From assembly GCA_963790475.1 (NCBI GenBank), contig CAWBOS010000010.1:608001-672000 (forward strand): a stretch of DNA of 64,000 nt. The letters run 5' to 3'. The DNA comes from an uncultured delta proteobacterium. GTDB lineage: Bacteria; Desulfobacterota; RBG-13-43-22. This document shows positions 1-8,711 of the stretch, one piece after another. Position numbers and translations under genes: made by a program. The notes beneath the pieces are model-generated. The model saw only the letters and a list, made by a program, of their open reading frames with translations. It was not told where the DNA came from and searched no databases. Position 1 is the first letter of the stretch; every line of letters begins with the position of its first letter.

Positions 1-143
1 CCCCAAGACTCCAGGACCCTATTAAAGACCCGGCCCAATTCAAATGGCATGAGGTGTCCAAGGTCCGGCATTATTGGCTGGAAGTAGATGCCATGACTAA
101 ACCGATGATATTAAAGGAAGAAGTGTCGGTGTATAAACAATAA
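1..143 (+). CDS. 3' end (partial) of SNF2 helicase / DUF3883-domain protein of a DUF499-DUF1156 restriction-like system
   Basis: Frame from nt 3 reads PRLQDPIKDPAQFKWHEVSKVRHYWLEVDAMTKPMILKEE..., TAA at 141-143. Resembles the C-terminus of helicases found with DUF1156/DUF499 genes, whose remnants lie downstream. Confidence 0.65.
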   Translation, partial: PRLQDPIKDPAQFKWHEVSKVRHYWLEVDAMTKPMILKEEVSVYKQ

Positions 144-205
144 TCTATTATTCCGAAGGGCGGTTAAAGAAAATGGTTGACAATTCCGATAATATTATTA
201 CTGTT

Positions 206-1612
206 GAGCCTCTTGCAAAAGTCTATTTTTAGGGAATAGACAAGCATAAAGAGTGAGCCTCAGCGGTGGTTCTGTGTTAAGATGATGTTTAGAAAGAACA
301 CAAAAAAACACAGGAGACACCGATGAAGCTCTGGAAAAAAGTATCATGGTTAAGGGGTAGATTGCAACAAGGTTTATTTTCCGATTTAGAAGAATGTTGG
401 GAACAGCCTTTGACTGAAAAAGAGGAACGGCTGGTGACGATATTGGAACTGGTTGAGGTTGAAAGATATGTTCCCCGGAGTTCTTTAAATCAGTGGATGG
501 GGAGGAAGATCCTTGAGCGCCAAGCGATAGCGCGGGCTTTTGTGGCCAAGACGGTCTATAACCATTCCTTCACCAGATCAACCATTGAACATTTGAAAAC
601 GACGTCTAATGTAAGACGCATCTGCGGGTTCGAAAAGGTATCCGACATTCCCTCTGAGGCCACTTTTTCCAGGGCCTTTGCGGAGTTTGCCGAAGGGGGG
701 CTTGGCGAAAAAGTTCACGAAGCCCTGGTGGAACGTTGTTTAAAGCCGGAACTGGTTGGTCATATATCCCGAGACGCAACGGCCATAGAAGGTCGGGAAA
801 AGCCGACTAAGAAGCCTGTAAAAGAAAAGCCTGCGCCGAAGAAGAGAGGACGTCCAGTCAAGGGAGAACTCCGTGATTCCAAGGAAGACAAACGCTTGAC
901 CAGGCAACGAGAGCAATCAGTTGAAGAGGCCTTAAAAGAATTGCCGGTTTACTGCGACGTAGGGACCAAGAAGAACTCCAAAGGGTACAAAGAGACCTGG
1001 GTCGGGTATAAACTCCATGCCGATGTTAATGATTGCGGATTGCCGGTGAGTGTCGTCTTGACCGCAGCATCGCTTCATGACAGCCAGGTCGCTATACCGT
1101 TAATGAAGATGACCAGTTCCAAGGTGGATTATCTTTATGATTTGATGGATGCCGCTTATGACGCTGGATCTATCTATGCAATCAGCAGAGCTCTGGGACA
1201 TGTGCCCATTATCGACAAGAACTTCCGCGGTAAGGATGTGATCCCTATGGCTCCCCACGAGGCCAGAAGATTTAATGGAAGGACAGCATCAGAACGGTTC
1301 AATAGCCGGTTAAAAGAAGAGTTCGGTGCCAAGAATGTCATGGTCCGAGGAGCCTTGAAAGTCAATCTCCATCTCATGTTTGGCGTCCTGGCGCTCTTTG
1401 CGGATCAGTTGATAAAGTTGGCTTCCTGAGTAAATTTTCAAAGAACGGGGTGAAAAGTTCAGGTCAGGAGGAGAACTATGCCTGAAAATTGTTACCAAAG
1501 TCTCAAATCTGACTATCGTCGTTAAGAAAGACCCAAAATTTCTAAATCGACTGGGATAACTGCCTGCTGATATATTTCATCATGCAGTTTTTATAAGTTT
1601 TGCAAAAGGCTC
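206..1612 (+). mobile_element. Insertion sequence, copy 1 (IS1182/IS5-like DDE, 1407 bp)
   Basis: Terminal IRs GAGCCTCTTGCAAAAGT / AGTTTTGCAAAAGGCTC. Near-identical copy at 39419-40825. Flanks TGTT/TATT form an imperfect 4-bp duplication. Confidence 0.9.
323..1429 (+). CDS. DDE transposase (DUF772 + DDE_Tnp_1-like)
   Basis: 368 aa. PSEATFSR motif and acidic motifs SRDAT, LMDAAYD, SERFNSRLK. Lies inside the IRs. Confidence 0.9.
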   Translation: MKLWKKVSWLRGRLQQGLFSDLEECWEQPLTEKEERLVTILELVEVERYVPRSSLNQWMGRKILERQAIARAFVAKTVYNHSFTRSTIEHLKTTSNVRRICGFEKVSDIPSEATFSRAFAEFAEGGLGEKVHEALVERCLKPELVGHISRDATAIEGREKPTKKPVKEKPAPKKRGRPVKGELRDSKEDKRLTRQREQSVEEALKELPVYCDVGTKKNSKGYKETWVGYKLHADVNDCGLPVSVVLTAASLHDSQVAIPLMKMTSSKVDYLYDLMDAAYDAGSIYAISRALGHVPIIDKNFRGKDVIPMAPHEARRFNGRTASERFNSRLKEEFGAKNVMVRGALKVNLHLMFGVLALFADQLIKLAS

Positions 1613-1689
1613 TATTAAATCAGGATTTGCTCCCCGTCCGACACGCCGAAAGGCCTCGGGCGGGGTTATTTTTTTATGGGGGGATTCAA

Positions 1690-1770
1690 ATGCCTTCTGA
1701 ACCCCTCGTCAAACGTGCCGTAGCTTTCATTGACGGGCAGAATCTTTACCACGCCGCCCGAGAATCCTCT
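1690..1770 (+). pseudogene. NYN-domain (PIN-like nuclease) N-terminal fragment
   Basis: MPSEPLVKRAVAFIDGQNLYHAARES carries the NYN 'FIDGxNL' motif, then similarity is lost. Confidence 0.6.
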
Positions 1771-1811
1771 GACTATAATTGCCGATCAATGCTTTCTGGG
1801 GTGAAATATTA

Positions 1812-3332
1812 ATGAAGGATCTTAGTATCCCCCACAACATACGACAACTCTCTATCCTGGTGAAAGAGGGGGAGGGATCGACCCTGGAGTTTAAAAGGTC
1901 GACAGGGGAATTAAAAGAAGCCATGCAGACACTTTGTGGCTTCCTAAACGACTCTGGCGGTATCGTCCTCTTCGGTGTCCGGGCAGATGGGTCAATTAAT
2001 GGCCAAGAGGTTTCCGACCAGACACTCCGGGACATTGCCAAAGCCGCTGATCGATTTGAGCCGCCTGCCCATATTTCTATTGATCGCCTTAAGATAAAGC
2101 CGGGGCGAGAGGTGATTGTCGTCTCGGTCAATAGCGGGCAGGACGTTCGTCCTTTCACTTACGATGGTCACGCCTACGAGCGTGTAAGCAGTACGACCCG
2201 CCGGATGCCACAGGTAAAATACGAACGTCTGCTTGTTGAGCGCGGTCACGCCAAACGCCGTTGGGAAAATCTGCCTGCCGAAGGACTGACACTGAAGGAT
2301 CTGGCCAGCAAAGAAATCTTGCGGACTCGGGAACTCGCCATTCAACAAAACCGAATTTCACCGGGTACGGGACGAATTATCGGGGAGATCCTCGACCGGC
2401 TGGGTTTGCGGGGTGAGGGTGTCCTAACACAAGCCGCTCAGGTACTCTACGGAAAAAAATTCCTGCCGGATTACCCCCAATGCCTCCTAAAAATGGGGCG
2501 CTTCCGGGGCACAGAGATTACCGGCGAAATTGTGGATAACCGGCAAGAACACATGAATGCTTTTGATATGGTGCGGGAGGGTATGGCTTTCCTCGAACGG
2601 ACCATGCCCTTGGGGGCGCGCTTTCCTGAAGGTCAGATATTTCGGGAGGACCGCTTTCCGGTTCCCCTGGATGCGTTGAGAGAAATCCTTCTCAATGCCG
2701 TGATGCACCGCGACTACTCCCATTACTCCGGGTACGTGGCCATCGTCATCTTCGACGACCGAATCGAAATTCGGAGTTATGGACGACTTCCTACCGGCAT
2801 AACGGTGAAACAGCTTTCTGGTCGGCATGATTCGAAACCAACCAACCCCTTAATCGCCGAAGCCTTCCATCGCACCGGGGCGGTAGAGGTCTGGGGCCGC
2901 GGCACCAACAGAGTGATTGAGATGTGCCGGAAGCACGGAACCGCCGCGCCTATGTTCGAAGAACGGCAGGGGTTTCTTATTGTGACATTCAAGGCGCAGA
3001 TGGTCGAATCTGCGGCAAAGGCTCAGGATGCCTGGTCAATCTCTCGAACCAGCGACCAAGTCACCGACCAAGTCACCGACCAAGTCACCGATCAAGTCAG
3101 AAACCTTCTCAGCTTGCTGGATAAAAATGTAACAGATGCGGTCTGGTTGATGACCCAGCTTAAAATGTCTCATCGGCCAACATTCAGGAAAAACTATCTC
3201 CATCCTGCGCTTGAAGCTGGTTGGATTGAGATGACCATTCCTGACAAACCCAGTAGCAGCAAGCAGAAATATCGGCTGACTCCGGCCGGGGGAAAAATGC
3301 TGAAAGAACGAGGCGGGAAGAAAGGGAAATGA
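1812..3332 (+). CDS. AlbA_2 (Schlafen-like) + HATPase_c_4 ATP-binding protein with C-terminal HTH (RecG-like annotation)
   Basis: GEGSTLEFKRS, GGIVLFGV, REILLNAVMHRDY, PTNPLIAEAF, GRGTNR motifs and a Fic-type C-terminal HTH (PDKPSSSKQKYRLT). ATG at 1812 follows GGGGTG. Confidence 0.85.
   Translation: MKDLSIPHNIRQLSILVKEGEGSTLEFKRSTGELKEAMQTLCGFLNDSGGIVLFGVRADGSINGQEVSDQTLRDIAKAADRFEPPAHISIDRLKIKPGREVIVVSVNSGQDVRPFTYDGHAYERVSSTTRRMPQVKYERLLVERGHAKRRWENLPAEGLTLKDLASKEILRTRELAIQQNRISPGTGRIIGEILDRLGLRGEGVLTQAAQVLYGKKFLPDYPQCLLKMGRFRGTEITGEIVDNRQEHMNAFDMVREGMAFLERTMPLGARFPEGQIFREDRFPVPLDALREILLNAVMHRDYSHYSGYVAIVIFDDRIEIRSYGRLPTGITVKQLSGRHDSKPTNPLIAEAFHRTGAVEVWGRGTNRVIEMCRKHGTAAPMFEERQGFLIVTFKAQMVESAAKAQDAWSISRTSDQVTDQVTDQVTDQVRNLLSLLDKNVTDAVWLMTQLKMSHRPTFRKNYLHPALEAGWIEMTIPDKPSSSKQKYRLTPAGGKMLKERGGKKGK
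3051..3098 (+). repeat. 12-bp coding tandem repeat (x4) encoding S/TDQV linker
   Basis: AGCGACCAAGTC ACCGACCAAGTC ACCGACCAAGTC ACCGATCAAGTC. Confidence 0.9.
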
Positions 3333-3360
3333 TATCGGCAACGCAGCCAGGAAGACTGGA

Positions 3361-3554
3361 CCTAGGGAAAACCTAGGGAGATAATACCGCATGCCATTAT
3401 GGCCTCTCCGAGCATCAGCACGATGGAACTCGCAGAGGTATCAGGTTTGACCACGAAGGGTATTGAATGGAGTCTGAGAAAATTAAAAGCCCAAGGCATC
3501 CTGAAACGCATCGGTCGGGCAAGAGGTGGGCGGTGGGAGGTTGTGAAAGATTGA
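3361..3554 (+). pseudogene. Orphan winged-HTH C-terminal fragment of an AlbA/HATPase-type protein
   Basis: Reads ...IIPHAIMASPSISTMELAEVSGLTTKGIEWSLRKLKAQGILKRIGRARGGRWEVVKD*, preceded by a degenerate CCTAGGGAAAA repeat linker. Confidence 0.6.
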
Positions 3555-3558
3555 GGCA

Positions 3559-3680
3559 ATGGCCCAATTCAAATGGCATGAAGTGTCCAAGGTCCAGCAT
3601 TATTGGATAGAAGTGAGTGATATGACGGACCCATGATGGTGAGGGAGGAAACCGCCCCTTATGGGGGGAAAAGTTGGAAG
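3559..3680 (+). pseudogene. Second, diverged copy of the helicase 3' end
   Basis: 3561-3614 matches 32-85 at 50/54 nt. Reads MAQFKWHEVSKVQHYWIEVSDMT, then a frameshift into PMMVREETAPYG. Confidence 0.75.
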
Positions 3681-3843
3681 GCCCATCGAAGGGCAAAATT
3701 GCAAGGATGAAACGAAGATATATTCTTTGCCACCTCGGCCCGCCTAGGGGCGGGTGGTGGGAGATGGGGAAAAGATATGGCCCGTATTTATAAAAGGCAC
3801 TGAAGAACGGACTCTATGAAATAAGCGAAAGGAGCACGACGAT

Positions 3844-4023
3844 ATGTGGTCTGACAAAGAAACACTCTACGATTGCCTCGGATATTCAAGCTATGTGGAT
3901 GTCCTCGCCGACGTCTGTATTAGACAAGAGTTGGCCCCCTTGACTCTTGGCATTTTCGGCGCATGGGGAAGCAGCAAGACAAGCCTCATGGCGATGCTCA
4001 AGTATCGTTTGGATCAAGATTGA
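3844..4023 (+). pseudogene. KAP-family P-loop NTPase N-terminal fragment
   Basis: MWSDKETLYDCLGYSSYVDVLAD...PLTLGIFGAWGSSKTSLM: typical KAP NTPase start with a degenerate Walker A. RBS AAGGAG; stops after 59 aa. Confidence 0.7.
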
Positions 4024-4930
4024 AGGAGTCCGGGGTGCGGACTTGGTATTTGCCTGCATTGGTCCGGCCTTGGAGATCTTCAGCCGATATTCGAAAGTGG
4101 AGACTGCTGAAGGTCGGGAAGTAAAACTGCCTGAATTTCTGGAGAAGGTTTGGGAAGTGGTTGGGCGGTTGGCCCTGGAGCAGGTACTTGGAACTGCCGA
4201 GGCCAAGGCCAGAAATGGTTTGGCAGGTGCTCTGGAAGAGGATGCCAGGTTAACGGCCCTGTTTTTGTGGACCTTGCAAGCAACGAATGGGAACAGTGAA
4301 GGTAAAAGTAAAAAGGCAAAAGGCAAAAGTGAGGAAATAGAAGAGGTAGAAGAGGAGGTCGATGAAGACGAGGAGGACTCCCTAAAATCTAAAAAGAAAT
4401 CCGGATTCAGTTTGGTTTTTGATGTGGTGCGCCGGTTTGCCCAGCCCCTTGGCATACAATTGCCTGAATGGGAAGGGCGGATTATTGAAACCGAGAAAGG
4501 GGTCGTTCGGCTTCTATCCGTCACGGAAAGGGCCAAACAGCTTTTTGGGGAAGAAACCGCCCATGCCTTTGCCGAACGGTTTGAGCGATCTCCTCATGGA
4601 AACATACAAATGTCTCTTTTTCAGCAAAAGGAAGAAACCCTTCCACCCGACATAAAAGGCCGTGACCGAAAAGGAACAAAGAAAACCTCTTTGGCTTTGT
4701 CTGAGGAAGCTGCTAAAAAACATAAGGGAGCCACCACCCTTGATCGGGTTCATGCATCCATGTTGTTACAGTCCAGCGGGCAAACCAATGCCCTGCGGGC
4801 ACTTTTGAAGGCCGAACAGGACCGGGGGCCGGATTTTTTACGCCTTGCCAACTCTCTTTCCGCCCTGTATCCTAAAGGAAGTGATGAAAAAAGACTCTTA
4901 GACGCCATGCTCTTGGCAGTGCCAAGATGA
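4022..4930 (+). pseudogene. C-terminal part of DUF1156-family adenine DNA methylase (5' part deleted)
   Basis: EGVRGADLVFACIGPALEIFSRYS...LANSLSALYPKGSDEKRLLDAMLLAVPR. No catalytic N-terminal region; abuts the KAP fragment. Confidence 0.75.
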
Positions 4931-4949
4931 TTGAGGCAGGAGGAATCAA

Positions 4950-5201
4950 ATGACATTTATTGAACGAATTGAAGTTAATCCCAAGGTGATGATGGGGAAA
5001 CCGGTAATCCGGGGTACACGAATTCCGGTGGAACTTATTTTAAGAAAGCTTAGTGAAGGGGCTAAAGAACCGGATCTTCTCAATGCCTATCCAAAGCTAA
5101 CGGTTAAAGATATCCAAGCTGCTATACGTTATGCTGCAGATACCCTGGCCCATGAAGAAATGGTGTTTTTAGAACCTCCAAAACGTGTGGCCAGGAGATA
5201 A
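4950..5201 (+). CDS. DUF433 antitoxin
   Basis: RIEVNPKVMMGKPVIRGTRIPV...YPKLTVKDIQAAIRYA motif; strong RBS. Confidence 0.9.
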   Translation: MTFIERIEVNPKVMMGKPVIRGTRIPVELILRKLSEGAKEPDLLNAYPKLTVKDIQAAIRYAADTLAHEEMVFLEPPKRVARR

Positions 5202-5204
5202 ACC

Positions 5205-5585
5205 ATGCGTTTTCTGGCCGATGAATCTTGTGATTTTGCTGTGGTCTATGCCTTGAGGAAAGCTAAACATGATGTTTTGGCTGTTGCCGAAATTACTCCC
5301 AGGGCAGCGGATTCAGATGTGATTCGGCTGGCGAGGAAACAAAAAAGGATTTTGCTGACCGAAGATAAGGATTTTGGCCAACTGGTTTATGCCTCTGGAC
5401 AAAAGGCATTAGGCGTGGTCTTTTTAAGATTTCCTGTTTCTGCCCGGGATATTATAGCTAACGATATAGTTATGCTGGTGGAAGAGCAAAAGGAAAAGCT
5501 GTTCGGAAGTTTTGTTGTGGTTCAACCGGGCAAAATCCGAATCAGCCGAATGCCTGGAGGATTAGTTCATGGAACCTTGGTATAA
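5205..5585 (+). CDS. DUF5615 PIN-like toxin
   Basis: MRFLADES...RILLTEDKDFG; directly follows DUF433. Confidence 0.88.
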   Translation: MRFLADESCDFAVVYALRKAKHDVLAVAEITPRAADSDVIRLARKQKRILLTEDKDFGQLVYASGQKALGVVFLRFPVSARDIIANDIVMLVEEQKEKLFGSFVVVQPGKIRISRMPGGLVHGTLV

Positions 5586-5745
5586 GGCAGTTCTGCCGCG
5601 GAAAGAAGTCCGGGAAGGCCGATCTTTCAATCCCGATGAATTTGCCATTGCTTTGGAACAGGTGGTGTGCCGGAACGGCCCCGGAAGATTATAAAGACCC
5701 GAGGAAGTTTATCACCCGCACATGCTTTACCCGGGTGGTGACCGA
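5569..5745 (+). pseudogene. DUF499-family AAA ATPase, frameshifted N-terminal fragment
   Basis: MEPWYKAVLPRKEVREGRSFNPDEFAIALEQVV / frameshift / AGTAPEDYKDPRKFITRTCFTR. RBS GGAGG upstream. Confidence 0.7.
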
Positions 5746-5854
5746 ACATAGAATCTGGGACGTTATTGAATTAGTTGAATGGTCAGGAGGAAAACCGGGG
5801 GTGGTATCCGGGCGGGATTTTATTCACAGCACGGGTCTGGGGGTTAAAAGTAAT

Positions 5855-6142
5855 TTAAATTACGTTTGTGCCTTTTTCCTGTTCGATCCGCTCATGTAGC
5901 CACATAGTCATGAGTTGAGAAAAGGGAATCCCTTTAAGCCAGGAGATTCGCTTGGCCATGGACAAATCAAAGGGATCGATTCGGAGGGAAACCGGCTGAC
6001 GGGCGGGGCGTTGAGCCAGGAAAGGTTCAGCCTCTTCAAGAAGTTTATTAAGTTGGGCTGAAGTTTCCCCGGCAATTTGGGTGTCCCAGTAGGAGGCTTC
6101 CTTATCAAGTTTTCTTTTAATTTTTTGAGGAAGTTTAGTCAT
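5855..6142 (-). CDS. CopG/BrnA-like antitoxin (orphan)
   Basis: EASYWDT... and RQPVSLRIDP...GIPFSQLMTMWLHERI ribbon-helix-helix pattern. Confidence 0.6.
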   Translation of the reverse strand: MTKLPQKIKRKLDKEASYWDTQIAGETSAQLNKLLEEAEPFLAQRPARQPVSLRIDPFDLSMAKRISWLKGIPFSQLMTMWLHERIEQEKGTNVI

Positions 6143-6505
6143 CTCTTAATCCGTGTTATTTATTACCGTAATTTTTTAATTACGTCAAATAGATTTATCG
6201 CTGGGCCACATCGGTGTTTTTTAATTCATGACAGCTTCGTAATAAATCGCCGGGGGTGAGGGCGAGTGACGGGAGTTGCGGGCCATGCTCCCTGAGGTGA
6301 TTGACGCCGTTTAGAATTCATCATTTTCAAATTTCATCTTTCACTCCAGCCTTGCTGGACCGCCTTGATGAATAAAGGATGAGATGTCCGTGGTCTTTGT
6401 TCATGACAGGCAGGAGAATATGGGTTGGTAAACCAACGGTGACTGTTTTTTAATGTACTGAAGAATAGTCTTGACTATTTTTCAATTGTATAAATAATAG
6501 TCAAT

Positions 6506-7726
6506 ATGGTTGCAAGGGAACTTTACCGGAAAATCTGGCAGGAACTGGCTTCCGATAAGGAAATGGTTTTTCTGGCCGGGCCCCGCCAGGCAGGCAAAAC
6601 CACACTGGCCGGCATCATCTCCGACGGCTTCGTCAATTCCCTTTATTTCAACTGGGATATCCCTGAACAGCGGGCCCATCTTCTCCGGGACCCTTCCTTC
6701 TTTCAAGAAGTGGACCGGAAGGACGCCAGCCCTCCTCTGGTCATCTTCGACGAAATTCACAAATATCGGGACTGGAAAAACTATCTGAAAGGGGTTTACG
6801 ACCGCTTCAGAAAAGAATACCGTTTTCTGGTGTCCGGGAGCGGCCGCCTGGATATTTATCAAAAAGGCGGCGATTCCCTGGCCGGGCGTTATCTTCTCTT
6901 CCACCTTTTCCCTTTTACACTGGCCGAGCTCGGGAATAGGCGCAGGCCCTATGAGGCATTCATGGCGGATCCGTTAGCCATAAGTTCCGCCACCGGATCG
7001 GAATTACGCGACCTTTGGAATTCATTGGGAAGTTACAGCGGATTTCCGGAACCTTTTTTATCGGCGAAAGCGGCAACCTATACCCGCTGGTCGAATACCT
7101 ACGCCCGGCAACTGATTCGCGAAGATATCAGGGACCTTACCGATGTACGTTCCGTCTCTTCCATGGAGACGCTGTTTCATCTGCTTCCTTCCCGGGTAGG
7201 CAGTCCGCTTTCCGTCTCGGGTATGGCTCGTGATCTCCAGGTTTCCCCGGTCTCGGTCAAGAACTGGCTGGATCTTTTCGAACGATTCTTTCTTTCCTTC
7301 AGCATCGCACCCTGGACCGAAAGAGTTGCCCGGGCCATTGTGAAAGAGCGGAAGTTTTATCTATTCGATTTACCGCGCCTAAAGAATAGAGGCGCTCGGT
7401 TTGAGAATATGGTCGCTCTTGAACTATGGCGGGCCGTGACTTCCTGGAATGATTTGGGCCTGGGAGAATTCGGCCTGCACTTCATCAAGAATAAGGAAAA
7501 GCAAGAGGTTGATTTTTTATTGTCCCGGGATTATAAACCGTTTCTTTTTGTGGAAACGAAGCTTTCCGAACAGGAGCCCTCAGTGCCTTTAAGGAAATTT
7601 CAGCAGGCCCTGCAGGTTCCGGCACTGCAACTTACCGAAGCGGGCGATCATTATCGGCTCCTGTCCAACGGCGATCAGAAGATCATGGTCGCCCCGGCCT
7701 GTCTTTGGCTGGCTGGACTTCCCTAA
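6506..7726 (+). CDS. AAA_14 ATPase with DUF4143 domain
   Basis: GPRQAGKTT Walker A, IFDEIHK Walker B, SGFPEP, KFYLFD, EVDFLL...VETK. Confidence 0.9.
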   Translation: MVARELYRKIWQELASDKEMVFLAGPRQAGKTTLAGIISDGFVNSLYFNWDIPEQRAHLLRDPSFFQEVDRKDASPPLVIFDEIHKYRDWKNYLKGVYDRFRKEYRFLVSGSGRLDIYQKGGDSLAGRYLLFHLFPFTLAELGNRRRPYEAFMADPLAISSATGSELRDLWNSLGSYSGFPEPFLSAKAATYTRWSNTYARQLIREDIRDLTDVRSVSSMETLFHLLPSRVGSPLSVSGMARDLQVSPVSVKNWLDLFERFFLSFSIAPWTERVARAIVKERKFYLFDLPRLKNRGARFENMVALELWRAVTSWNDLGLGEFGLHFIKNKEKQEVDFLLSRDYKPFLFVETKLSEQEPSVPLRKFQQALQVPALQLTEAGDHYRLLSNGDQKIMVAPACLWLAGLP

Positions 7727-7888
7727 TGAATTTGCTTCTGATAAAAGGGTGATGCAGCCCACTCCATAGAGTAAATTATAAAGTTGTTAGGTCTGACTCT
7801 CGGAGGCTACCTGAGACCGTCAATGGGCAGAGAGGGGACATGTGACCAGGGCTTGGTGGAGGGAAACCGATGATGCGAGGTAAGTGGC

Positions 7889-8158
7889 ATGTGCAGGAAC
7901 ATAAAGACTCTGTATAATTTTGAGCCGCCGGCGACGGATGAGGAGATTCGGGCGGCGGCCTTGCAGTTCGTGAGGAAGATCAGCGGATTTTCTTCACCGT
8001 CTGCTGCGAACGAAAAGGCCTTCCATCGCGCGGTTGATGATGTCACACGGGCGTCCTCCAACCTGTTAGGCTCACTCGTGACCACCACTTCTCCCAGGAA
8101 CCGAGAGGTCGAAGCCGCCAAGGCCCAGGCACGCGCGGTTCGAAGATTCGGCTTATAG
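7889..8158 (+). CDS. DUF2277 family protein
   Basis: MCRNIKTLYNFEPPATDEEIRAAALQFVRKISGF signature. Confidence 0.9.
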   Translation: MCRNIKTLYNFEPPATDEEIRAAALQFVRKISGFSSPSAANEKAFHRAVDDVTRASSNLLGSLVTTTSPRNREVEAAKAQARAVRRFGL

Positions 8159-8674
8159 CTGTAGTTGGAAAAGAAGCCGTCCCAGGTTGAACCGGGCGGC
8201 CGGGTGAAATGGTTCTTTTTCTAAAAGGGCTTCGTAGGTTTCTTTAGCCTCATCAAACATATCGTAATGGTCATAGAGTAAGGCCAATCCCAATCGAGGG
8301 GCAACAGCTTGGGGGTTGGTTTCAATCCCTTTTTGATAAATTCTTACAGCCTGGTGATAATCTCCTTCTCTTTCCAGAAGTTGAGCTGTGCGGATCAAAG
8401 CCTCTATGTTCCCCGGATTAATCTCCAAGACCAAACGGTACATCTGCTTGGCACTGGCGAATCTGCCCATTCCTTCATAGACTTGGCCTAAGGCAAAGAG
8501 GGGTTCCTCATTATCCGGCTTCAAGGTTGCCGCTTCCTGGAAGCAATTTAAGGCCTCCTGAAAATTCCCTTGCTGCAGAAAAACCAATCCCGAGCTAAAA
8601 AGGGTTTTATAATCCCCCTTCAAGCGGCCTCGGTTTTTCGGGCAATTTGCCCTCTTAAGAACCTTTGGTCCCAT
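8153..8674 (-). CDS. Tetratricopeptide repeat protein (possibly 3'-truncated)
   Basis: About 4 TPR motifs; ends within a repeat and overlaps the DUF2277 stop. Confidence 0.75.
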   Translation of the reverse strand: MGPKVLKRANCPKNRGRLKGDYKTLFSSGLVFLQQGNFQEALNCFQEAATLKPDNEEPLFALGQVYEGMGRFASAKQMYRLVLEINPGNIEALIRTAQLLEREGDYHQAVRIYQKGIETNPQAVAPRLGLALLYDHYDMFDEAKETYEALLEKEPFHPAARFNLGRLLFQLQL

Positions 8675-8711
8675 TAAGCCGCCATTTCGCTTTCAGACAT
8701 ATCAAGCCTTT

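Noticed and set aside
3947-4021. N-terminus of the 327-aa track ORF
   Set aside because: It is an alternative frame of the KAP NTPase stub; methylase similarity starts at about 4022.
5735-5790. TEHRIWDVIELVEW resembling an IS1-type transposase tail
   Set aside because: Too short, and no IR found to support it.
6305-6340. Minus-strand MKFENDEF* as a possible BrnT toxin start
   Set aside because: Only 8 codons; similarity could be chance.
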